Positions 50,182-61,764 of a stretch of 64,000 nucleotides of DNA are shown in pieces. The stretch spans positions 31,372,001-31,436,000 of the forward strand of contig CM069160.1 in the NCBI GenBank assembly GCA_035221665.1, given 5' to 3'. Position 1 is the stretch's first letter; the number at the start of each line of letters is the position of its first letter. A program made the position numbers and the translations under genes. This stretch comes from Okamejei kenojei (lineage: Eukaryota). The notes beneath the pieces were generated by a model, which was given only the letters and a program-made list of their open reading frames with translations, did no database searches and was not told the origin of the DNA.

Positions 50182-50446
50182 GGCCCGTCCCACATGGGCA
50201 TTACTTGCGCGTCACTCACGCGACATAATTTACGACTCACGACGCACGACGCAACATCATTTACGCTTCACGCGCATGTCGTGATGCGCGCACAGCGTGC
50301 ACTATGCGTGCATGGCGCGTGGTGAGACGTGGTGGCGTAGGCAGTGTCATGAGGTCACGCACGGCGCCCCAGGATTTTGGGATTCACGAAATCTTCACGC
50401 GCCACCTGCCTGACGCGCAAATGACGCCCAAGTGGGACGGGCGCTT
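50182..50446. mobile_element. CpG-rich MITE (GTCCCAC TIR family)
   Basis: gggcccgtcccacatgggcattacttgcgcgtca ... tgacgcgcaaatgacgcccaagtgggacgggcgc. Confidence 0.75.
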
Positions 50447-50489
50447 GACTAAAGAAATTCCTCCTCATCTGCTTTCTGAAGGTATGTCA

Positions 50490-51172
50490 ATAGACAATAG
50501 ACAACAGGTGCAGGAGGAGGCCATTTGGCCCTTCGAGCCAGCACCGCCATTCAATGTGATCATGGCTGATCATCCCCCATCAGTACCCCGTTCCTGCCTT
50601 CTCCCCATATCCCCTGACTCCGCTATCTTTAAAAGCCCTATCTAGCTCTCTTGAAAGTATCCAGAGAACCGGCCTCCACCGCCCTCTGAGGCAGAGAATT
50701 CCACAGACTCACCACTCCCTGTGAGAAAAAGTGTTTCCTCGTGTCCGTTCTAAATGGCTTACTCCTTATTCTTAAACTGTGGCCCCTGGTTCTAGACTCC
50801 CCCAACATCGGGAGCATGTTTCCTGTCTCTAGCGTGTCCAAACCCTTAACAATCTTACATGTTTCAATGAGATATCCTCTCATCCTTCAAAACTCCAGAG
50901 TGTACAAGCCCAGCTGCTCCATCCTCTCAGCATATGACAGTCCCACCATCCCAGGAATTAACCTTGTAAACCTACGCTGCACTCCCTCAATAGCAAGAAT
51001 GTCCTTCCTCAAATTAGGGGAATAGGGGAATACTCCAGGTGTGGTCTCACTAGGGCTCTGTACAACTGCAGAAGGACCTCTTTGCTCCTATATTCGATTC
51101 CTCTTGTTATAAAGGCAAACAGGCCATTGGCTTTCTTCACTGCCTGCTGTACCTGCATGCTTACTTTCATTA
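50490..51172 (-). mobile_element. CR1-type LINE 3' fragment upstream of PTGES
   Basis: ORF2 remnant plus (ACAATAG)n tail as read on +. Confidence 0.88.
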
Positions 51173-51421
51173 TGTCCTTTTATTATGAGGCTGTGGCTTC
51201 TGGTCCGAGATTCTCCCACTAGTGGACACATTCTGTCCACATCCACAGTCTATCCTTTGTCCAACGTAGATACTTTGAAAAGAAGATTGTTTCAGCTGTT
51301 GTCACAGCACCATAGACTGAGGCATTCCTTCCTCTCTGATTAATGATGTCTTGCCTCGGGGCCATTTATGTTTTCCGTCGGATCCCAACACAACCGGTCT
51401 CTTGCACAAGTCGTGGCAGGT

Positions 51422-51480
51422 GGAAGGGAAAGTGACTCATCATTCCCGCCCTACCCCCGCCTTCCCTTCACAGTTATAAA
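51422..51480 (+). promoter_or_regulatory. PTGES proximal promoter: ETS-IRF-like, AP-1, two GC boxes, TATA
   Basis: GGAAGGGAAA (51422-31), TGACTCA (51433-39), CCCGCCC (51445-51), CCCCGCC (51455-61) and TATAAA (51475-80), the last ending 45 nt upstream of the ATG. Confidence 0.65.
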
Positions 51481-51525
51481 CGCGAACGCAACAAACGCCG
51501 AGCCAGACAGCTCCTGTCAGCAAAG

Positions 51526-51642
51526 ATGAGCCTGAACTTCCAGAACGACGCTTTTTGCTCGTACGTCTTCTACTCGGCGCTCTTACTGGTTAAGATGTTC
51601 GCTGTCGCCATCCTGACTGGCCAAGTCAGGCTACGCAACAAG
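51526..51642 (+). CDS. PTGES: Microsomal prostaglandin E synthase (MAPEG family), exon 1
   Basis: aagATG; MSLNFQNDAFCSYVFYSALLLVKMFAVAILTGQVRLRNK|gtaata matches the mPGES-1 N-terminal helix (..LLVIKMYVVAIITGQVRLRKK). Phase-0 donor. Confidence 0.92.
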
Positions 51643-52283
51643 GTAATAAATCTCGAGAATACTTAACCCTTGGCGTTACTGACGAGCGGCTCAGCCGTGT
51701 TAATGTTGATGGGATCTAATCTCTCGTTGGGATTATAGCAGGGGATTGTAGGGAGGGGTCGTTTAATCAGCGATGCCGCTTGTCTGTGGAATTCTCTGCC
51801 TCAGAGGGCAGTTCTCTGGATGTTTTCAAGAGAGAGCTCGATAGGGCTCTTAAAGATAGTGGAGTCAGGGGATATGGGGAGAAGGGGGTACTGAGATTGG
51901 GGATGATCAGCCATGATCACATTGAGTGGCGGTGCTGGCTCGAAGGGCCGAATGGCCTCCTCCTGCACCTATTGTCTATTGTCCATTGTCTATTGTTAGG
52001 AATCAACTCAACAGTTGAGAAACGTGAAACTGCAGGAGCTGCAATCTTGTACTAAACAAAATATAACTGCTGGTGTATCTCAGCGGGTCAGGCAGCACCT
52101 GTGCAGGGAATGGACATAACGTTCTTCGTGGTCTGTCTGAAGAAAGGCCTTGACCCAGAAACGTCACCCATTCCTTCGCTCCATAGATGCTGCCTCGCCC
52201 GCTGAGCTTCTCCAGCATTTTTTGGCTACCTCTGATTGATCCAGCATCTGCAGTTCCTTCTTAAACATATCGTTCTTAGTCAG

Positions 52284-53060
52284 TAAGAAAGAACTGCAGG
52301 TGATGGATTAAATCGAAGGTGGACACAAAATGCCGGAGTAACTCAGCGGGTGAGGCAGCGTCTCTGGAGAGAAGGAATGGGCAACGTTTCGGGTCGAGAC
52401 CCTTCTTCAGACTGATATCAGGGGAGTGGGCGGGACGAAGATGGAATATAGTCGGAGACAGTGAGACTGGTGGGAGAATTGGGAAGGGGATGGAGAGAGA
52501 AAGCAACGGCTATCTGAAGTTAGAGAATGCAATGTTCATACCGCTGGGGTGTAAACTACCCAAGTGAAATATGAGGTGCTGTTCCTGGCCGTCACTCTGA
52601 CAATGGAGGAGGCCCAGGACAGAAAGGTCAGATTGGGAATGGGAGGGGGAGTTGAAGTGCTGGGCCACCGGGAGGTCAGGTAGGTTAAGACGGACTGAGC
52701 GGAGGTGGTCAGTTCAGATCGAGCCTGCGCTTGGTCTCACCGATGTAGAGATGTTGACACCTGGAACAGCGGATACAGTAGATGAGGCTGGAGGAGGCGC
52801 AAGTGAACCTCTGCCTCACCTGGAAAGACTGTCTGGGTCCTTGGATGGAGTCGAGGGGGGAGGTAATGGGACAGGTGTTGCTTCTCCTGTGGTTGCAGGG
52901 GAAAGTACCTGGGGAGGGGGTGGTTTGGGTGGGAAGGGACGAGTTGACCAGGGAGTTTCAGAGGGAACGGTCTCTGCCGAAAGCGGAAAGGGGTGGAGAT
53001 GGGAAGATGCGGCCAGTAGTGGGATCCCGTTGTCAGTGGCGATAATGTTGGAGGATTAGA
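52284..53060 (-). mobile_element. Penelope-like element fragment in PTGES intron 1
   Basis: GIY-YIG-region homology to 18905-19680 with the same 3' tail. Confidence 0.85.
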
Positions 53061-53343
53061 TGCGACGAAACGTTCTCTCCAGAGATGTTGCCTCACCTGC
53101 TGAGTTACTCCAGCATTTTGTGTCTACATTATTAGTCGAGATGCTTCTTCAGGCTCTGAGAAGGATTCGACCTGAACGCTCGTGTTTGGTGGGACATTCC
53201 TAGCTGGTCCAACTGAAGAATCCTTCAGGGATGGGCGGGGGGGGGGGGGGGGGGGGGAAGGGAGGTGATGTGGGAAACGTCCTGGGGTAATAACGCTGGA
53301 TCCTACCTGACTGAGTTGCCCCCCCCCCCACTCTCGTCCGCAG

Positions 53344-53426
53344 GCTTTCGCTAACCCCGAGGATTCCCTGAGACACGGAGGGCTGAAGTTCTACCGGACC
53401 GACCCAACGGTGGAGCGCTGCCGGAG
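53344..53426 (+). CDS. PTGES: PTGES/PTGES-like exon 2
   Basis: Acceptor ctcgtccgcag|, 83 nt, AFANPEDSLRHGGLKFYRTDPTVERCR(R), donor ag|gtgagg in phase 2. AFANPED and VERC motifs. Not in the ORF track. Confidence 0.93.
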
Positions 53427-55254
53427 GTGAGGACAATAGACAATAGGTGCAGGAGTCGGCCGTTCGGCCCCTTCGAGCCAGCACCGCCATTCACTGTGAC
53501 CGTGGCTGATCATCCTCAATCAGTACCCCGTTCCTGCCTTCTCCCCGTATCCCCTGACTCCGCTATCTAAAAGCTCTATCTAATTATTTCTTGAAAGCAT
53601 CCAGAAGATTGGCCTCCACTGCCTTCTTGAGGCAGAGAATTGCACATATTCACAAATCTCAGTGAGAAAAAGTCGCTCCATTCTATCAACGTATGACAGT
53701 CCCGCCATCCCGGGAATTGACCTGGTGGACCTACGCTGCCTCAATAGCAAGAATGTCCTTCCTCACCTTTGGAGACCAAAAGCTGCGTGGGATAGGTGCT
53801 TCTTGCGGGGTCGAATGGTCGAGTGGCCACACTCAGACCTTCCCTCGGACTCCGCCATCTGGACTCCAGGTCTTCAGAGACCTCAAACCCACTCATTTCA
53901 AGGGGCAACCAGCGCGGGTGGCACTCGAAGACCCCTCGGTTCATACATAAATATGGGGACTGCCCCTCCAGTATGCCCTGCTGTATTTAATGTAAGATTT
54001 GCCCTTCTCCCTCAGCTCTCTCTGTTAACCTCGCGACCAGATAACTTGGCTGCGATAGATCCCCTCGATGGTGGGGAGGTCAGAGCCGATGATGGGCTGG
54101 GCAGTCTTTACTATGTTTTGGTGCCATTTCAAAGTCCAATCAGCGCTCTTGGTTTTATGGGTGATCCACTTCACTCTCATTAAGTTCGCTCTCATGCCGG
54201 CCTTGCGTCCACCATTGCTGGCTCCCTCCTAGAAACATAGACAATAGGTGCAGGAGGAGGCCATTCGGCCCTTCGAGCCAGCACCGCCATTCATTGTGAT
54301 CATGGCTGAGTCTTCGGTCCTCTCCGGTCATTTGGCAGGGTCACCAAACGACTAACCCAAAGACAGGCACAAAGAGCTGGAGTAACTCAGCGGGTCAGAC
54401 AGCATCTCTGGAGAGAAGGAATGGATTGATGCCCTGGGTCGAGACCCTTCTTCAGACCAGACACGAAACGTCATCTATTCATTCTCTCCAGAGATACTGC
54501 CTGTCCCGCTGAGTTTCTCCAGATTTATGTGTCTATCTTCTGTTTAAACCAGCATCTGCAGTTCCTTCCTCCACCATCGACTAGCCCGTCCCTTTTTAGG
54601 AACATAGAAACATAGAAAAATAGAAAAATAGGTTCAGGAGAGACCATTCGGCCCGTGCAGCCAGCACCGCCATTCAATATGATCATGGCTGATCATCCAC
54701 AATCAGTACCCCGTTCCTGCCTTCTCCCCATATCCCCTGACTCCGCTATATTTAAGAGCTCTATCTATCTCTCTCTCTCTTGAAAGCATCCAGAGAACCG
54801 GCCTCCACCGGCCTCTGAAGCAGAGAATTCCACAGACTCACAACTCTCTGTGAGAAAAAGCGTTTCCTCATCTCTGTTCTAAATGGCTTACCCCTTATTC
54901 TTAAACTGTGTGGCCCCTGGTTCTGGACTCCCCCAACATCGGGAACATGAAGAAGGGTCTCAACCTGGAACGTCGCCCATTCCTTCTCTCCAGAGACGCT
55001 GCCTGTCCCGCTGAGTTACTCCAGCTTTATGTGTCTATCTTCCATTTAAACCAACATCTGCAGTTTATTCCTACACCATCGACTAAACCGTTCCTTTTTA
55101 GAAACATTGAAACATTGGTGGCCATTCAGGAGGCCATTCGGCCCTTCGAGCAAGTACTGCCATTCAATATTATGATGGCTGATTGTCCAAAATCAGTACC
55201 CCGTTCCTGCATTCTCCCCATATCTCTTGATTCAATTAGCCCTAAACTATATCT

Positions 55255-55649
55255 AAGGCCTGTCCCACCTAGGAGACCTAAACAGTAACCTCTGGTGACC
55301 TTGCCCCCCACCCAAAAAAAAAAATCAAGGTCGAGTTGACCTGCAACCTCCTACCACCTCCCTCGCATATGTTGAAAACCTTCCTCGACTAAGAAGAAAA
55401 CCGGTTTCGACTAGACCTGCGACTAAACATTTATCGATTTTTAAAAAGGCAAACTATTTTTAGTCGAGGCCTGTTTTAATCATGATGAGAAAATAGCAGC
55501 AACCTAGATGAAGCCTCGACCATGCGGAAACCACTTACGACCATTAGGGAGAGTGACCAAAACCTCCGGTGACCTCATGGAAACCTTGAGTGGCGGGCAA
55601 GGCCACCAGAGGTTGCTGTTTAGGTTTCCTAAGTGGGACAGTCCCTTAA
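55255..55649. mobile_element. MITE (GTCCCAC TIR family, PIF/Harbinger-like) in PTGES intron 2
   Basis: About 60-bp imperfect TIRs: aaggcctgtcccacctaggagacctaaacagtaacctctggtgaccttgccc ... gggcaaggccaccagaggttgctgtttaggtttcctaagtgggacagtccctt. Confidence 0.8.
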
Positions 55650-55687
55650 CTCTTTCTTGAAAACTCTCTCTTTTCCGTTTGCTGCAG

Positions 55688-55937
55688 AGCTCATCGCAAC
55701 GACATGGAGTGCATCTTCCCGTTCCTATTCCTGGGTGTTGTCTACTGCCTCCTGGACCCCAGCCCTTCCATTGCCAGGATCCACTTCCGCCTCTTCTTCC
55801 TGGCCAGAGTGGCCCACACCGTGGCTTACCTCTTCGCCCTGAAGGCCCCCACCAGATCGCTGGCCTACACGGTCGGGCAGGCCCCCTGCTTCTCCATGGC
55901 CCTGAAGATTCTGATCAACGTTGCCTCCTACTGGTGA
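55688..55937 (+). CDS. PTGES: PTGES/PTGES-like exon 3
   Basis: Acceptor ttgctgcag|; AHRNDMECIFPFLFLG...ARVAHTVAYL...APTRSLAY...PCFSMALKIL...YW*. The three exons total 450 nt = 149 aa plus stop. Confidence 0.95.
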
Positions 55938-57271
55938 GCGCTGGAGGTGCTTGCGTTGGCGTTCAAACCCGTACTCGCTGGGAGGATGACCTCCTTCAAC
56001 CCAGCCCCTGTGATGTCTGAAGACTGAGGCAAACACTAAACTCAAATACCTCTCCAGGAAACCATTGAGATGTCTTCTCTTATCCAATGTTCAGCACTGA
56101 ATTACTGTGTCCTTTGTATAAGGTTGCACCAGGTACTTTGGCATGTAGTATTATGGTCCATTCACCTAATAATTCATTGTATATTTATTGGCGACTGCTC
56201 ACATTTAAGTTGACGTTAAGGCTATTAGTAGGTTTGCAGTTGAGTTGAGTTGAGTTTTAGTTTAGTTTTTATTTATTATATTTTATTTCAGTTTATTTTC
56301 ATGTGTAGCCAGGACTATGAAGTGTTTTCTCTGTGAGAAATTATAAAAGGACTGGACAGGCTAGATGCAGGAAAAATGTTCCCAATGTTGGGGGAGTCCT
56401 GAACCAGGGGCCACAGTCTTAGAATAAACGGGAGGCCATTTAAGACTGAGGTGGGAAAAAACTTTTTCACCCAGAGAGTTGTGAATTTGTGGAATTCCCT
56501 GCCACAGAGGGCAGTGGAGGCCAAATCACTGGATGGATTTAAGAGAGAGTTAGATAGAGCTCTAGGGGCTAGTGGAGTCAAGGGATATGGGGAGAAGGCA
56601 GGCATGGGTTATTGATTGGGGACGATCAGCCATGATCACAGTGAATGGTGGTGCTGGCTCGAAGGGCCGAATGGCCTCCTCCTGCACCTATTTTTAATGT
56701 TTTCTATGTCTTTCTGGTGGCTGCTGAATTTTCAACATGGACATTTTTTGGCGACCTATGACGGCTGCCGGCGGTCACCGAGAAAGTCATGCAAGTGGCA
56801 CATTTGCGAACCCTTCCTCACACTGGAGATCAGGCAGGTTTAGCTTTAACACAGGCCACAGGAAGTTTTAGAGAAAGCTTTCCACCAGCTCGGAAAGAAA
56901 GGCGGATCAGATTTCACTTAACTCCCTGACTCGCGCAGAAAGGGAAAATCAGGCTTGGATCCCCTGCAGCCAAAATCAGATTAAAATTACACCTCTGCTG
57001 CCCAACTGGAACAAATTCTGCTGTAATTACCCACCGGCAGAGTTCCATAGTGTGTTTCTTGGAGCTTTAAGGTCAGAGGGGCAAAGCATAAGGGCAATTG
57101 TGCAGGACAAGGTTTTTACAGAAGGTAGTAGGAGCCTGGAAGTTTGTGCTAACAGATTCAAGAAGGAACTGCAGATGCTGGAAAATCCAAGGTTGGAGAA
57201 ACTCAGCGGGTGAGGCAGCATCTATGGAGCGAAGGAAATAGGCAATGTTTCGGGCCGAAACCCCTCTTCAG

Positions 57272-57650
57272 AGCAAAGATCCTATAACGCAGCAAGATAG
57301 ACCACTCCTGCTAAATGCAATGGGCTGACGTGTAGTACGCAATGGAGCAGAACGTGGGCCTTTTTTCCATCCATTTCAGGAACGCGACCCGACCCGACCC
57401 GCAGTGTAATCAACGTTGCGGGGGAACAGTTTGTGTTAATAAATTAAAATTCTGAAAATGAGAAGATTTTTACCAAATAACTTTCATGTTTCAATAACCA
57501 CTAGTTATCTTAGCTCCCCTGTGGGATCTGTGGTGCGGAGACGGAAGCCGGTTACGGAAATGGGGCCGACATTTACCCATGAATCTGACCATGACCGTCC
57601 TACGTTTTTTTTGTCGAGTGATCTATCTCGCTCGCTATAGGATCCTTGCT
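57272..57650. mobile_element. MITE inserted in a Penelope tail
   Basis: TIRs agcaaagatcctata..agatagaccactc / gagtgatctatct..tataggatccttgct. TCAG on both flanks. Confidence 0.7.
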
Positions 57651-57945
57651 TCAGACTGATGCAGGGTAGGGGGGATGCAGGAAGAGGAGGAGGGAAGAGG
57701 GAGAGCTGGGAAGGGGAGGAGACAGCAAGGGCTACCGGAAATTGGAGAAGTCAATGTTCGGACCACTGGGGTGCAGACTGCCCAAGCGGAATATGAGGCG
57801 CTGCTCCTCCAGTTTCCGGTGGTGCTCACTCCGGCCATGGAGGAGGCCCAGGACAGAAAGGTCGGATTGGGAATGGGAGGGGGAGTTGAAGTGCTGGGCC
57901 ACAGGGAGATCAGGTTGGGTAATGCGGACCGAGCGGAGGTGTTCG
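57651..57945 (-). mobile_element. Penelope-like fragment
   Basis: EHLRSVRITQPDLPVAQHFNSPSH...KLEEQRLIFRLGSLHP. Confidence 0.85.
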
Positions 57946-58365
57946 GGTGCTAAGTGTGCAGGTGGGGCCAGATACAACAGTGTTTTTTAACAGGCTTTGA
58001 TGTATAAATATGCATATGCAGGGAAAGGAGTGATATGGAGATGGATCATGTACACGCAGGTGGGTTAGTTCAGCGCAGATATTGTGGGCTGAAGAGCCCA
58101 CTCCTGTACTGTAATGATCGATTTTCTATCTTCTACGGTTTAAGATGTTAGGTTTAAAATATTGTATTTAAAGTTTTACTTACTTCACTGTTTCATAAAT
58201 GGATGATTTGAGATTTATTTATTGATGTTGATATTTTTGCTGAGGTCTATTTATTGTTTGATGAAAAATGTGTAAGTAAATTTTATTCATAATAAAATTA
58301 TCTGGACCAGAGGAGACAATGCAAAGCCTTTATATTCGGAGGGTAGTTCAGGCCACATGGCCGGC

Positions 58366-58855
58366 AGAGCTTCACCTGCACCTCCTCCAACCTCATCTAT
58401 TGCATCCGCTGCTCTGGGTGTCAGCTGCTCTACATCGGTGAGACCAAGCGTGGGCTTGGCGATCGCTTCGCCCAACACCTCCGCACGGTCCGCATTAACC
58501 AACCTGATCTCCCGGTGGCTCAGCACTTCAACTCCCCCTCCCATTCCCAATCCGTCCTTTCTGTCCCGGGCCTCCTCCATGGCCAGAGTGAGGCCCACCG
58601 TAAATTGGAGGAGCAGCACCTCATATTTCGCTTGGGCAATTTACACCCCAGCGGTATGATCATTGACTTCCCCAATTTCAGGTAGTTCCTGCTTTCCCCT
58701 CCCCTTCCCAGCTCTCCCACTGCCTACTGCCTCCACCTCTTCCTTTCTTCTTCCCTTCATCAGTCTGAAGAAGGGTCTCGACCCGAAACATTGCCTATTT
58801 CCCTCGTTCCATAGATGCTGCCTCACCCGCTGAGTTTCTCCAGCATTTTTGTCTA
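58366..58855 (+). mobile_element. Penelope-like fragment
   Basis: GIY-YIG region plus 3' tail. Confidence 0.85.
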
Positions 58856-60559
58856 ACTCCGGTGTTTATGGTTTTGTTCAGTTTAGAGATACAAGGCCTA
58901 TCAAGACCACCTGACCCTTGATCACCTGCTCACAGTAGTTCATCGTTATCACATGTTCTCATCCACTACCAACAAACCAGGAGCTTTGTAATTGATAATA
59001 CCTGCCTCAACTGCCACATACAATGGACAACAGACAATATGTGCAGGAGTAGGCCCTTCGGCCCAACTTGCCCACACCGGCCAACATGTCCCAGTTACAA
59101 TAGACAATAGACAATTGGTGCAGGAGTAGGCCATTCGGCCCTTCGAGCCAGCACCGCCATTCAATGTGATCATGGGTGATCATCCCCAATCAGTACCCCG
59201 TTCCTGCCTTCTCCCCGTATCCCCTGACTCCGCTATCTTTAAGACCCCTATCTGGCTCTCTCTTGAAACTATCCAGCGAACCGCCCTCTGAGGCAGACGG
59301 CGGTTCTCTGGATACTTTCAAGATAGCTTGAACTCCATTTGAATGAACTCCAGGAAGTATTGCCTAACCTACTGAAGTTTGTTGTTTTAATCATCCCTCT
59401 GAAACTGAAACTATTTTTCAGTTCTTTACCTTGCCGGAGATGAGATTATTTTCCGGATTGCATCTCCGGTCGCTCTGCAGCCTACCAGCGATGGAGCTGG
59501 ATGCTTCCTCAGACTGATCCGAGCCCCAGCGCGGGGCGCGGACTTAACATTGGAGCCGATCCCTTGCCTGGGATCGCTCCAACCTCGGCCTGCAGACTTT
59601 ACCATCGTGAGCTCGCAGTCTCCGGTGGACACCGAGTCGGGAAGCTCCAACGCCGCGGAAGGTTCGGCCAGCCCCGACCCGGGGTCCGATTGCCGGGTGA
59701 GCTGACATCCCCCCCCGATGCAGGAGTGCCAAACGCCGAGAGTCATGATCGTCCCGTCAACGGAGGGCTCGAGGCCCCCGGCCGCGGGAGAGCAAAGAAG
59801 CGAAGAGATTTGAACTTTTTTTTCGCCTTCCATCACGGTGGGGAATGTGGAGGAGTCACTGTGGTGGATGTTTATGTTAAAATGTGTTTTGTGTGTTCCC
59901 TTACTTTTTATTTGTATGACTGACTTGGCAAATGAAATTCCTCGAATGTTGCAAAACATACTTAGCTAATAAAATATTATTGTGATGTGATTGTTCAACG
60001 GTTCAATGGTGCTTAAATGTCACGTACTCTGCAGTGTGCAAGTATTTTTGCATGGACCACAGGAGATACAGCGCAGAAACAGGCCCAGCGGCCCACCAGC
60101 GACCCCTGCATATTAACAATATCCTACACACTAGGGACAATGTTTTTAGTGCTTACCAAGCCAATTTACCTACATACCTGTTTAAAAAGGAACTGCAGAT
60201 GTGGGAACATTGCTCCATAGATTCCTTCGCTCCATAGATGCTGCCTCACCCGCTGAGTTTCTCCAGCATTTTGCTTACCTACATTCATGTTTGTCTTGTG
60301 TTCCAGATTGAGAACTTTAAACCAACCTTCCCACCCCTCCCTTCCACATATACACATCCTCACCCTCCCATTTCACAGATTCACCCGTAATAGCCACACC
60401 AGTTGGGACCTGAAGTGAGTGAGGTCATAACCGTAAAATGAGTTTACACCCAATTTTCTGCACTTCTGTGAAATATAAATCTTGAATAAGTGTTGTCAGA
60501 TTGTTCTGTGAGGGTAAAATGGTTTGGCCAGCTGGACTGGATTAAAACATAAACTTTTA

Positions 60560-61147
60560 AAGAAGAAACTGCAGATGCTGGGGAATCGAGGGTACACAAA
60601 AAGCTGGAGAAACGCAGCGGGTGCAGCAGCATCTAAGGAGCGAAGGAGATAGGCGACGTTTCGGGTCGAGACCCTTCTTCAGACTGGTCAGGGATCAGGG
60701 AAACGAGAGATATAGACGGTGATGTGGAGAGATAAGGAACAATGAGTGAAAGATATGCAAAAAAGTATCGGTGATAAAGGGAACAAGCCATTGTAAGCTG
60801 TTTGTGGTGTGAAAATGAGAAGCTAGTGCGACTAGGGTGGGGGAGGGAGATAGAGATAGAGGGAATGCCAGGGCCCGAGGGCTGAGGGAGAGGTGGGAAG
60901 GGGAGGAGACAGCAGGGGTTAACAGAATTGAGAAAATTCAATGTTCAAGCCCAAAGGATGTAAACTCCCCAAGCGGAATATGAGGTGCTGTTCCTCCAAC
61001 TTGCGGTGTTGCTCACTCTGGCCATGGAGGAGGCCCAGGACCGAGAGGTCGGATACGGAATGGGAGGGGGAGTTGAAGTGCTGAGCGACCGGGAGGTCGG
61101 GTTGGTTTTTGCGGACCGAGCGGAGGTGTTCGGCGAAACGATCGCCG
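60560..61147 (-). mobile_element. Penelope-like fragment (left member of inverted pair)
   Basis: Near-identical to 19945-20500 and to the reverse complement of 61875-62425. Confidence 0.9.
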
Positions 61148-61149
61148 AA

Positions 61150-61575
61150 CACTAGGCTTGTATTCACTGGAGTTTAGAAGGAAGGGGGATCTTATAGAAA
61201 CATATAAAATTATAAAAGGACTGGACAAGCTAGATGCAGGAAAAAAATTCCCAATGTGGGGCGAGTCCAGAACCAGGGGCCACAGTCTTAGAATAAAGGT
61301 GAGGTCATTTAAGACTGAGGTGAGAAAAAACTTTTTTACCCAGAGAGTTGTGAATTTGTGGAATTCCCTGCCACAGAGGGCAGTGGAGGTCAAATCACTG
61401 GATGGATTTAAGAGAGAGTTGGATAGAGCTCTAGGGGCTGGTGGAGTCAAGGGATATGGGGAGAAGGCAGGCACGGGTTATTGATAGGGGACGATCAGCC
61501 ATGATCACAGTGAATGGCGGTGCTGGCTCGAAGGGCCGAATGGCCTCCTCCTGAACCTATTGTCTATGTTTCTAT
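61150..61575 (+). mobile_element. CR1-type LINE 3' fragment between the inverted Penelope pair
   Basis: YSLEFRR...WNSLPQRAVE...GEKAGTGY plus tail. Confidence 0.9.
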
Positions 61576-61764
61576 GTATATAGTCTTTTTGCTGACTGGA
61601 CAGCACGCAACCAGGCACTTTTCACTCTTCCTAAGTATACGTGACAATATGCTAAAGTAAACAAAACCACGAACAGTACAGGGACTATCACAGCTTCTCA
61701 GAGGAGGTGAAAACAGCACGGAAACAGGCCCTTCGGCCCAACTCACCCATTCCGACCAACATGC

